Below, one piece after another: positions 1-11,170 of a stretch of 64,000 bases of DNA; positions within the stretch are counted from its first letter, which is position 1; each line of letters opens with the position of its first letter. The notes under the pieces were generated by a model, which did no database searches, was not told the DNA's origin, and was given only the letters and a program-made list of their open reading frames with translations. This DNA is from Lingula anatina. Its lineage: Eukaryota > Animalia > Brachiopoda. The stretch lies in assembly GCA_051362555.1 (NCBI GenBank), contig CM120643.1, positions 27,470,848 through 27,534,847 of the forward strand, given 5' to 3'. The position numbers and the translations under genes are program-made.

Positions 1-1577
1 GAACGTCAACCCTATCTAATCGGATTTTACTTGACCTTGGCTGTTTTAAAAAGTGAAAATGCAATCCTGCCTAATATATAAAATATAATGTAAAAGTATA
101 AGTGAACATTATGGGTATAGTAATGTCCCTCATAAAGGATGGGAAATGAGGACAAATTAAAATAATATAAAGATACATTATAAACCATGCTCAATCACTT
201 GTAAGGTTTAACAGTCAACTGATGTTAGCTAGAGAATGCCCTACTCCACCAGCCATAACCACATATTCAACAACTGTGAATTTCTTTTGTTAGCCTGGCA
301 CCTATTATTAGGTCACTACTCCTGTAGCTATTGTTACACTAGTAACAGTAACCACCAATTAGGTGTTATCAGATGTGTGGTATCCTGTCTAAGTCTTTGT
401 TTCTATGAGACAAGCAGCAAATGAGTATACAGCTATCAAGACAGTTTAAATTCAGGAGCATAGTGGAAGGGTAAAGAGTGTAGAAAAATCGGATTGAGGA
501 AGGTATGTATTACAGTAATGCATTGGATCATCTAATCAAATTGAAAATGAGATAATTAATTGATCTAATTTGTAGTGTACCTTGTAAACATTATATATAT
601 ATATATATTACATTAAACAAGTTATATATTATAATGAAGAAAAAAGGATACATAATGCAATCAATGTTTAGTCTCTTTATTTCTTATAGGATAAAAACTG
701 TGATCAATTGTTCATATTTCTTTAAATGCAGTTGAATTTAAAAAAAATGTCATTTCATTTAACTTTTGGTTTGTGATTTATTAAAAATTATCTATTTAAT
801 GTTATCCACAACTGCCTCCAAGGGACCATCATGATATATAACTGAGGAAGACCCATGCTAATAAATAACATACAATTAACATGTTAGAGGGGCTGTCAGG
901 GCAAATTTCATTACCTCACACGTTCTTCAGGATCGTTTATTTGCCAAGTTTTCTTTCCCTTTAATTTCTTTTCAACCCTTAATGTGAGGTAAACACCATA
1001 GTTTGTTTAAAAATATTTTTTGCATTGTGAAAATCTGACCATTTTGCTTACACAAAAGCTATAAATTTTAACTTGGGGATTGCTTTTTTGTGGTTTGGAC
1101 TGATGATTTAGGTCAAGCAAGGACAGGTGAGAATAGGGAATTACTGTTTACCCTCGGAAATGAGTTTTCTTATAGTTTTTGGGACTTTTTTGGCCCTGGC
1201 AGCTCTGTAATGGCCCAATTGCATATTTAACCAGAGTAGAGTTTTCTACAATGCAAATTTCTGCATTTTAAAATGCATTTCTGATTGTTCCTGTGGACTT
1301 GGTCCTATGAAATATGTTCATGTTCTTTATATATATATATATTTTTTTTTTACAAATTAATACCTTGTCTTTGAAAAAAATTCAGTAAACTAATAAAGGC
1401 TATGAATTGCTCAAAATAGAATTGGTGCAATGATTATTATTGATCTCATTAGAAAAATTTTCCTTCATCATTTTGCATTTTTGTAGATATGTACAATTAA
1501 TTGAAATTCACAATGTCTATCTTTCAGAATACATCTGCAAATGGTTCAACACAACTCAGGCAGAGGTTAAGAAGGCC

Positions 1578-1679
1578 ATCACAGTAAAGTTGAACAATGT
1601 GCAAAAGACTTATCACAGTAAAGTTGAACAATGTGCAAAAGACTTATCACAGTAAAGTTGAACAATGTGCAAAAGACTT
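1578..1679. repeat. 34-bp tandem repeat x3
   Basis: atcacagtaaagttgaacaatgtgcaaaagactt, three exact copies. Confidence 0.95.
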
Positions 1680-2091
1680 TTGTCTGAAATTCTTCAATTA
1701 TTAAGTGACTAAAGCAGTATGCTGACAATGGACATGGTCTGGCCAAGGGAGGTTTTAGCCACTCATTCTGGCAGGAGTTCAAACTCACACAAGAAACAGA
1801 CAGTGACGCCACAGCTTGACAAGACATATTGGATACTTGTGATAACTTATAGAACTTATAATTAAAAAGCAGTAGCAACACCATTAAATTTGCAAAAATC
1901 TATAAAACAGTTCTCTAGTAAGCTGGTTGCATACCATACTGTGGAATATGTACATACATTTATACATATTGAATAAAGAATGTAAACATGATATTCTCTT
2001 TTGTTTTGAGGGACCAGTGCCTATTACCAATTTTGCCAAAGATCCAACAATATATAAAAAGCTGTAAAAATATTCAAAGCAGTTAATATGA

Positions 2092-2509
2092 ATTTCTATA
2101 GGTTCCTATAAGATTTCCTATAGGATCTTATAGGATTTCCTATAAGATTTCCTATAGGATCCTATAGGATTTCCTATAAGATTTCCTATAGGATCCTATA
2201 AGATTTCCTATAGGAATTCCTATAGGATCCTATAAGATTTCCTATAGGATCCTATAAGATTTCCTATAGGATCCTATAGGAATTCCTATAGGATCCTATA
2301 AGATTTCCTATAGGATCCTATAAGATTTCCTATAGGATCCTATAGGATTTCCTATAGGATCCTATAAGATTTCCTATAGGATCCTATAGGAAAAAGGGAC
2401 AATTTCCTATAGGATCCTATAGGAATTCCTATAGGATATCCTATAGGAAATCTTATAGGATCCTATAGGAAATCTTATAGGAAATCCTATAGGAAATTTT
2501 CGTAAGGGT
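2092..2509. repeat. Palindromic CCTATAGG minisatellite (10-12-bp units) with a polarity switch; probable end of a non-autonomous CCC-terminal DNA transposon
   Basis: Units cctataggat/cctataagattt invert near 2390-2440; array ends ggaaattttcgtaaggg. Confidence 0.75.
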
Positions 2510-2754
2510 CGGCAGTTAAGGCCGATTTTATCTCTTAACCAGGTGTGCAGCAGCTAATTACAAAAGCCTGTAAAGGAAATCAACCAGGTAAATAACTCAT
2601 CCTCACTGACACAAGTGGTCAGGCACTGTGAAGTATGATATCTTCGGATAAAGCCTGCCAACTTTTACATAGAAGTCGATGCGATCCGCCATGTTGCCCG
2701 ATTTGTTTTACCCCAGATGCCGGTTGCTAAGGTAAAGTGCCCGGATGACCGACT

Positions 2755-3309
2755 GTCCCTATTGAGGTGAGGTTTACTAAAACGCTTTTTTACTATTAAT
2801 AGATTGTTTTTATAATTTTTAAATGGCGGGGATCGATTAAAACATACCTCTAGTGTACTGATTGAGTGCTGAATCTTCAAAATTCGAGAAATGGATTTTT
2901 ACATGAACATTGTCCTTTAATGCGTTTGGCGCAATATGTTATTTTGGTCTCGAATGAACGCGAGAATCCGCGTGACACCATTACGTCATTAGCAACGAAT
3001 GCCTTGATGAAAGCTTCGAAAGCCCTATTGACAAGCACAGATTTTAGTTTTACTACAATAACGGCCGTTTTAGTGGTAAAATACAATAGAATATATTTCC
3101 ATGCGTTGTTTACAATGTATTTCATGCGGAATTTTGAATCTCAAAGGAAGAGTTATTATTGCTTTAAGCTGCGATGTGTGGTACATATGCTGTAATTACG
3201 CTGTCCTTCATCTCTTGCGTTAGTCTACATTTTGCTGGGAATTTTAAAAATCTGTGCGTACAATTTTTAAAGGTCTGGTTTAGCCCCTGGGGTATATATG
3301 TGTGGCCCT
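2755..3309. mobile_element. Stack of three TTAA-bounded Kolobok-like element ends
   Basis: 2755-2916 is the reverse complement of 38576-38733; 2921-3163 matches 8976-9227; 3168-3290 resembles the reverse complement of 39890-40026; junctions are TTAA. Confidence 0.7.
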
Positions 3310-3329
3310 TTAAGTTAAAATTTCCAAGG

Positions 3330-3331
<2 letters not shown>

Positions 3332-3406
<75 letters not shown>

Positions 3407-3410
3407 GTGA

Positions 3411-3441
<31 letters not shown>
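3332..3441. repeat. (TA)n microsatellites (others at about 19260-19300, 25638-25686, 26729-26796)
   Basis: Direct reading. Confidence 0.95.
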
Positions 3442-3442
<1 letters not shown>

Positions 3443-3889
3443 ACAAAGTCACAGTCACCTCAACCTGTCTATCTATAACAGGGTACCGAGAACTGTCAAC
3501 TTTATTAACTTCATTCCATCAAATTTACAACAAAGTATTCATCCTAGTGTTAGCTGACCTTGCAAGGAATTCAGTTTATTGGAATGTATTTCTGAAGAGC
3601 AAGTTAAGAAAATTCACTAGTTTACTAAAGACACAAAAGAACTGTCACTTTTACTTTAAACACTATTTTTATTATTTTGATAAAGTTAGTTACAGTATTG
3701 ATAAACAAAGTGTTGATAAACAAAGTGTCACGTTTTCAACAATTAATATTTTAAATTACAATCCATGTCTGCAAGGTTGTGTCAATGACCAAAATACAAC
3801 GTTGAGTCAACGTCACATTATGACGGTGTTTCGACGTGGCTGGATCAACGTTGATTTTACGTTGAATTTAGGTAGATCAACGGCAATTC

Positions 3890-5988
3890 TACGGTGGCCC
3901 ACAAGTGCACTCCAAATTCCAAACGACACTCCCAATTCTAAACCTCACACCGAATACTTAAACTTCACTCTCAATTCTTAAACCCCACTCCGAATTCGTA
4001 AACCCCACTCCGAATTCGTAAACCCCACTCCGAATTCGCAAACCTCACTCCGAATTCGTAAACCTCACTCCAAATTGAAAAAGCTCACTCCGAACTCGCA
4101 AACCTCACTCCGAATTCGTAAACCCCACTCCGAATTCGCAAACCTCACTCCGAATTCGTACACCTCACTCCGAATTGAAAAAGCTCGATCCGAATTTGCA
4201 AACCTCACTCCGAATTCGTAAACCCCACTCCGAATTCGCAAACCTCACTCCGAATTGAAAAAGCTCACTCCGAATTCGTAAACCTCACTCCGAATTGAAA
4301 AAGCTCACTCCGAATTCGTAAACCTCACTCCGAATTCATATTTTAACCCCGTTCACTGCCGTATAAAGTCGGAAGTAATATTCTAAGATGGGCTAGGGGA
4401 TTTTGCCAATAGAGGGCTTCGTGTGAAAACTAGTTATTTTTCATACTACTTGGTGCGCTGTATTCCCATTCACAAAATGATGACGTAGACGTATGACCCT
4501 TTTAAGCTCAAGGAAATAGAAGAAATGAAGAAAATAGGGATAAACATACATGTACTTAACAGCAAGTCACAATTAAAATATATTATGTTTACGTGTTTTC
4601 TTGTGTGTGTCGTTTTAAGGAATTATACATGTATTATGAATATGAGAACAGAATTACGAGTTGAAACAGCGTTGGAAGGAACAGATTTATGCACTACATG
4701 TATGTTATTTACAACTTCAAGCATTTTCACATGATTATTTTGAAATGAATGTTTAATACAGATAACATGTTTCAGGGTGTCAACATTGGCTTATATTATT
4801 TATAAATAGGCAAAACAATCCGTATTATCATATACTGTAGGCCTACACATATACCTGTTATATAAAGTATACTTGATAATAGTAATTAGTAGCCCCTCAC
4901 TCTTTTGCAGCTGAAATATTCATCTAAGATCATAGATAATCTAATAATTGATATTAATCAGATTAATTACACCTTATTAATCGATTTCGAATGAATAACA
5001 TGCAGTGGTGGATGGGGGGGGGGGGGGGGGGGGGAAGGCGTGTGAGGGGGGTCTTGACCCCCCTTTTGAATTCTGTAAAAAAAAAAAATCACACCAATGT
5101 TAAAATTAGAATTTTGAATAATAGTTCTAAAACGTACCAAATGGCACTGTTCGCCCTATAAGGGGGGGGGGGGGGGGGGCAGCTCTGCATGTACAGCCTG
5201 TCATTCCAAAAAAAATAAAAAATAAAAAGATCCCCCTTCAAATAATCCTGGATCCACCCCTGACATGTATGGATTATTAGTAGTATCAATCCTATGTTGA
5301 GAAAATTGAGAGCAGTGTCACTTAATTTGTCCTTTTATTTATAATGGTAAATCTGTAAATTGCTTCTTGCCCCCAATTTGTGTCCCTGGCGAGAGAGAGT
5401 GTGTGTATGTGTGTGTGTGTAATTGTGAAAAATACTGAAAATAGCTGGAGAAGTCAATTGACCTTGTGACGTAAACTGTTGGTTTATTTTCGTAAGGTAT
5501 GTATCACGCAAACCAAAATGTAACACAATTCGCACTGTTTGCTAAAACTCTCTCGAACCTTTCACTGGAAGCGCCCAGCTAAAAAAAAATTATTTGTCCC
5601 AGACGAATTACTGTTTCATAAGATTTCTCGAAGAGAACTTTGATGAGAATTGGCATAGTGGAATTGGGAGTGAGCTTTTTGAATTCGGAGTGAGGTTTAC
5701 GAATTCGGAGTGAGGTTTGCGAATTCGGAGTGAGCTTTTTCAATTCGGAGTGAGGTTTACGAATTCGGAGTGAGGTTTGCGAATTCGGAGTGAGCTTTTT
5801 CAATTTGGAGTCAGGTTTACGAATTCGGAGTGAGGTTTGCGAATGCGGAGTGGGGTTTACAAATTCGGAGTGAGGTTTACGAATTCGGAGTGAGGTTTAA
5901 GAATTGAGAGTGAAGTTTAAGTATTCGGTGTGAGGTTTAGAATTGGGAGTGTCGTTTGGAATTTGGAGTGCACTTGTGGGCCACCGCA
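3890..5988. mobile_element. IS3EU-like non-autonomous DNA transposon with 330-450-bp TIRs built from 20-bp repeats
   Basis: Termini TACGGTGGCCCACAAGTGCACTCC...GGAGTGCACTTGTGGGCCACCGCA; 6-bp TSD CAATTC at 3884-3889 and 5989-5994; aaacctcactccgaattcgt arrays inverted at the two ends. Confidence 0.85.
5003..5261. mobile_element. Small CAG-terminal MITE nested in the IS3EU-like element
   Basis: cagtggtggat...atccacccctg inverted ends; poly-G tracts. Confidence 0.5.
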
Positions 5989-6459
5989 CAATTCAACTTA
6001 TCAACCTGTTTTCAACGTTGATCCAACGCGACTATGCCTGCTGGGAGGACAAGCTTGGATAAATAGAGGTGGCAAAAATACATTTATACTTCGAACTATT
6101 TTTCTATTTCTTATACTTGCATGTTTATATAGCAAAAATAAACTTCTTAAAACTTCTGACAATATCCCCATAATCAAAGCGTTCTTCACAAAAGAGTGCA
6201 ATTTGCGATAACCTTGAATGGCCGACTTTTGAGATACATGTAGTAATTTTGAGGGGTAACATCCTCACTTACAAGCGGTACACGTATAGTGTAGCTGTCT
6301 TGTTATATGGCTGACATACGCTATAGGATCGAAGTTGGTTTCAGTTTTTGCCAGAGGGATCCGGTTCAATATAAAATGGAGCTAAATTCAGGTATGGCAG
6401 TTCGTTTTTCAGTGTTTTTGGTATCATTATTACCCCACAATACCATTATTATGTTGTAA

Positions 6460-7300
6460 TTGTATTCCTATGACAAATGGAGGCCATCTTAGATTTTCTC
6501 AAAATGATCAAATATGCCCATTTATAACTACCAGATAGGTATAAAGGGGAGATCATGATATTCAAAACACTGAAGAACAAAATTAATTTGATAGTAGAGT
6601 AAGTATCTTTCTAGATGGCACTAGTTGAAACCTTTTGCACTACTACTAATATTCCTTTGGCATGTGGTGGCCATCTTGGACTTTCTCAAAATGCCCAGGA
6701 AAACACGTTAGTAACTCACTACATACATATTGAGTAATATTGATGTAGAAAACACTCAAAAACATGCTTAATTTGATAGTGGACATTGTACCAGTATCTT
6801 TCTAGCTGGCAATATTAGTTGAAACCACGTGTACTAGTATTCCTATGGCAAATGGCGGCCATCTGGGAATTTATAATTATGCCCAAGAAAACATGTTAGT
6901 TGCTCTCCACATGTGGATAATAAGGATGTGGAAAACACTCAGAAACAGACTCAATTTGATTTTGGACAATGTATCTTTCTAGCTGGTATTAATTGAAACC
7001 GGAAAAACTGGAGTTTTTCAAAAAGTCATAGAAAACCCGTTTCTTCCCTGAAAGGTATGAATTATATGGGTAATAAGGATGTGGAAACACCGAAAAAAAA
7101 ACTTAATTTGACAAAAACCAATGTAAGTATGTATATATTTCTATAGAATTCCATACATTGGCGGTCATTTTGGATTTCTCGACCGAACAGTAAATTTTTC
7201 AGAGCACTACGGCTCTTATTCGATTTAAAATTTCAGAATTTTTGCAAAATTTGGTGCTTTTATCTGCCGTGTCATGATTTTTCGTTAAGTCACCAGTCTG
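6460..7300. repeat. Degenerate 185-190-bp internal repeats of a non-autonomous TE remnant
   Basis: Recurrent atggcggccatcttggatttt and gtatctttctagctggc blocks near 6475, 6660, 6850 and 7160. Confidence 0.6.
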
Positions 7301-8010
7301 CGGCAACTTCCATATGACATGTACTGCAGTCATTTGCACAATCATTCGTATTCCCCCGTATTTTACGAAAAAATTCAAAACCGATCAAATGAAGACATTT
7401 AATACATATGAGCGTCTCTTATATCTGGGATAGAAAGCAAAAGGAATACAATCAGTCCAGTCATCCAGATCTTGCAGTACTATCAATTTCTTTTGATCAA
7501 AGACGAAGTAAGAGCAGCCTTCAAACTATGTATGTTAAATGTCTATAACCTAGATACTAACACCCGTATTGATACATCACGCCAACGATATTTACTAATT
7601 AGTTTGTTTGACGTGATATGAAATGAATCTTCAATTTGACGTTTGTTACACGTTTAGCCTCGGTCGCAAGAAGCATTGATTCAGTAAAATCCATGTGCCT
7701 ATAAATATGATTGGAAAGGAACATGTTAGTGTAGCAGAAAAGGAATGCAAAGTTTAGAAGTACCGCCTCAAAAAGGCCGCAGAGCCAAAAATGGCAGCGA
7801 CCGACTTTAAAAAAAGCCTCGTTCACAACCGGCCACACGGGCTCACCCGGCCTGTTTGCGTCCAAATTTTGTGCAGAATCTCATGTGTCACGCAAGTCCT
7901 TGTGGAATTTTGAGTACACAAACAGCCCTTAAGCACGTATGGGGAATATTAAATATCTCAAAAAACTCTTCAAACAATATGTGAACTGCAAGGCCACAAG
8001 TGTAATGTAA

Positions 8011-8590
8011 GGCTGACACTTGCACGACTTTTGGCCCCGATTTTGTCGTGGCAAGTCGTATCATTTTGGGGCACGAAGTGGGAGGCTCCCGCACCGACTA
8101 GTTCAAGCATAGTTCACGACGAGTTCACGACGAGCTAACGAATAGTTTAGGAATGCGTGTCCACATTGACACAAACTGGCACGACAAGTTCATGCATAGG
8201 TTGCGCATGGTTTACGCACTTTCCGCATTGGCACGACAAGTTTGCGCGATTCGGACGGTGTCGTGCCGACTTGGGCACGCAATATACGTGAGCTGTTCGT
8301 GAACTATTCGTGGCAGTTCGTAACAGTCGTGACATGGCGCACACTGCCACGCATCCTCCCGCATCATCCCGACGAGTTCACGACGAGTTCACGAACAGTT
8401 TGAGCATAGTTCACTACTCGGTCGCGAAATTTTGTCGTGGCCAAAATTTTGAACATTTCAAAATTCTCGTCCCGACATGGCACGCAGTCACGACGGGTTT
8501 ACGCACACTTCACATCAGTTTACGACTCGTTTGCGCACTGGCATGACTCGAATCGTGCCAATGCGTGCCACAGAATCACATGTGTCAGCC
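8011..8590. mobile_element. PIF/Harbinger-like MITE
   Basis: TIR ggctgacac...gtgtcagcc, preceded by TAA; internal gttcacgacga repeats. Confidence 0.6.
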
Positions 8591-8598
8591 TTGCTTAA

Positions 8599-9227
8599 AG
8601 TCATAATAACTCTTCGTTTTGGCCAAAAATTGGATTTTCCTGGAAAAAACGGCAATTTTCCCGTACTTACCAATGGTCAACGACCCCATTCCTGCATTCA
8701 AAGTTAATCCAGGGTTTTTTTCCTAAACGTACGGTTTTTTGTTAAAATCTCTTAAGAGATTTTAACTGACGGAGCTCTCTCTGACATTGCAAAGTCACTG
8801 GTGACCTACTTAAAACCGCGGGAAAAGCAGACAACAACAACACTATATAAGATTCATGAGATATATTCGTCTTTTTGTTAAAAATGCATTTATATCCACA
8901 ATGTGTGCCATTCTGGGCTTTTCGTTATCCGACGCACTGTACAAAAACTCGCAACTTACGTCTGCGTCCGCATTAATGTGTTTGGCGCCATGTTATTTTG
9001 GTCTCGAATGAACGCGAGAATCTGCGTGACACCATTACGTCATTAGCAACGAATGCCTTGATGACTGGGAAAAATGGCATCGAAAGCCCCATTGACAAGC
9101 ACAGATTTTAGTTTTACTCCAATAACGGCCGTTTTAGTGGTAAAATACGATAGAATATATTTCCATGCGTTGTTTAAAATGTATTTCATGCGGAATTTTG
9201 AATCTCAAAGGAAGAGTTATTATTGCT
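8599..9227. mobile_element. Kolobok-like MITE (family B)
   Basis: TTAA|AGTCATAATAACTCTTC...GAAGAGTTATTATTGCT|TTAA; related copies at 18199-18535 and 2921-3163. Confidence 0.85.
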
Positions 9228-10921
9228 TTAACTTGCTCCCCTCGCACGGAGTTGGCAAAGAGTTCACAAGTGAGGCGTGCGATTTTTAATGTACCGTGGG
9301 AAGGAAAACCGTGATCTAGGACGCACGTCGCGAGCAATGAAGGAGCGAATGACCCTTGCGTGTTGATTACGACGCACTCCCTGAACAAAATGAAACTCGC
9401 GGCGGCCGTGGGAGTGCGTCTTACGTGCGTCACCCCACGCCAGGAGTTAAAAAGATGTGCTCACCGCCAATGATCGTCGATTATGCAACGTGTACAACAA
9501 TTGCCAAAAAATTTTGAATGCTAATTTCCATTGCAACCTCTCCTCTGTCTCTACGAACTTCACGGCCTCCACTGCACCCAAAATTCGCAGGGGACGTCCG
9601 ATCCTAAAATTTGCGCGTCCGGTTTTGACCAAGGCTTTTCAAACTTTTTTCTAAACAAGGGAAATTTCCATAAACACGTTACAACACATGTAGAAACCTG
9701 TCGAGTGCAGCTTTGGTTGTGCAGGGAGCTATCGTCTATAATATTTTTCCACTGCATAATTTAGATGGGGGGGGGGGGGGGGGGCTTATTTCAGAGACTA
9801 CTGGTAGATCTACGAACAGGGAACCAACATGAAACTGGTGCCTCTTCTTTAAAGCTAAGTACTATGTTTGCCACATTTAAGTTAATCATTCAAAGTCTAG
9901 TGAAAGCGGCAGATCAACGCTTAATATCGGTTAGCAGTTAATAATTTAAGATATACCATAAGGCATTGGGAAATCTCGTCGCTGTATGAAGATTCCAGTT
10001 TCTTAATAATATAAAACGCTTAATGCCAGTAGCCGCAAGGCATAAATATTCAAGTCTGGCTATATAAACTAAAGACGTACGTTTTTCTTTATACCATAGC
10101 AAACCAGCAGCATACTGTAAATAATTGAGAACGATTTTCTTTTCATACACCATATTTTATTTAGATTTATAACTATCTTCACATCGTTATGCAGGTAGTT
10201 AATCCCAAACTACCTGGCGTAAACCAAGTCTATCCAAGTAGAAAAATACGCTTAGGTCAAGGTATTTCATTCATTGGTATCAAGAATACTAGTTAATAGG
10301 GGAATTCACTAATTTGGCACTTCCTTTTCTATTATCCTCCTGGTCCTTGTCAATTTAAAAAAAAACTTAATACATGGTAAAAATATTACAAAATATCATT
10401 TCTCATCAAGTCTGTCACCAACTTATATGACATATATTTTCCCTTCTGAGAACAATGTCATAATATCATTTCTCTTACATTAAAGAGATTAGACCAATAA
10501 ACTGTAAGTCATTAAAATTTACATATTCAAAATATACATATGGAAATATAGTTCACATTTTGAGAAAAGGGACTTTGGGGGAAAAATAGCTTAATGGGTA
10601 AAATAGCTAAATGGGTTATTTTAAGTTATTTCATGACTGTAGATATACTTTCATTCAAATCCCGTTCTTAGAAGAGCAAATAATTCCTAATGAAAGATTA
10701 ATCTGGACTAGAGATGATTTACTGCATAACAGCACCAACCCTACTGCAAGGGGTCATTAGAATAAAAGCTGAGACAGCAAACTTGTATTGAAGTATTGAA
10801 TAACTGGACACTGTTTCTGGTTTTGGTCAAAAGATTTTTGATCCCTGCTGTCCAAAAATTTTTTGCATAGACTGCATTTAGAGGATTTCATTTCACTGTT
10901 TACTTTCATAGTAATCATAAC

Positions 10922-11170
10922 TTATGCAACTGTCAGCGTCATCTCTACTTCCGCCCCTCTCTCTCTTGCCCGCTCTTGTTCGATAACTGTTGACAGCCTC
11001 TCTTCTAAACTGAACCCCATTAAGTCTTTCCGCGTTATGATTCCCATGACATGGTTTTGTTCATCAATGACTGTCATGTGACGTAGACCCAAAGTTCGGA
11101 AAATGATGTATGTTCTGTTGAGGGAGAAACAGGCCCTGATGCTGACAGCTGATTGGTTAGTGTACGGGTG
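10922..11170 (-). CDS. CLC last coding exon 16, CBS2 (HPYTNQS...GLRHM...ITRKDL...TVA*)
   Basis: ttccag| acceptor; open to TAA. Confidence 0.93.
   Translation of the reverse strand, partial: HPYTNQSAVSIRACFSLNRTYIIFRTLGLRHMTVIDEQNHVMGIITRKDLMGFSLEERLSTVIEQERARERGAEVEMTLTVA

Larger units (their letters stand above)
3730..6045. mobile_element. CCC-terminal (EnSpm-like) MITE remnant split by the IS3EU-like insertion
   Basis: tcaacgttga-rich repeats on both sides of the insert; terminus gcctgctggg at 6045; left end not found. Confidence 0.55.

Noticed and set aside
236-502. Possible exon ending at the donor aag|gtatgt (about 502)
   Set aside because: Stops in all three frames and no recognisable protein similarity
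3960-4340. CRISPR-like appearance of regular 20-bp repeats
   Set aside because: No unique spacers or cas genes; the repeats form the TIR arms of a eukaryotic transposon and are mirrored at 5660-5920
10156-10161. AATAAA on the minus strand as the CLC poly(A) signal
   Set aside because: Common hexamer in AT-rich DNA; cannot be assigned without transcript data
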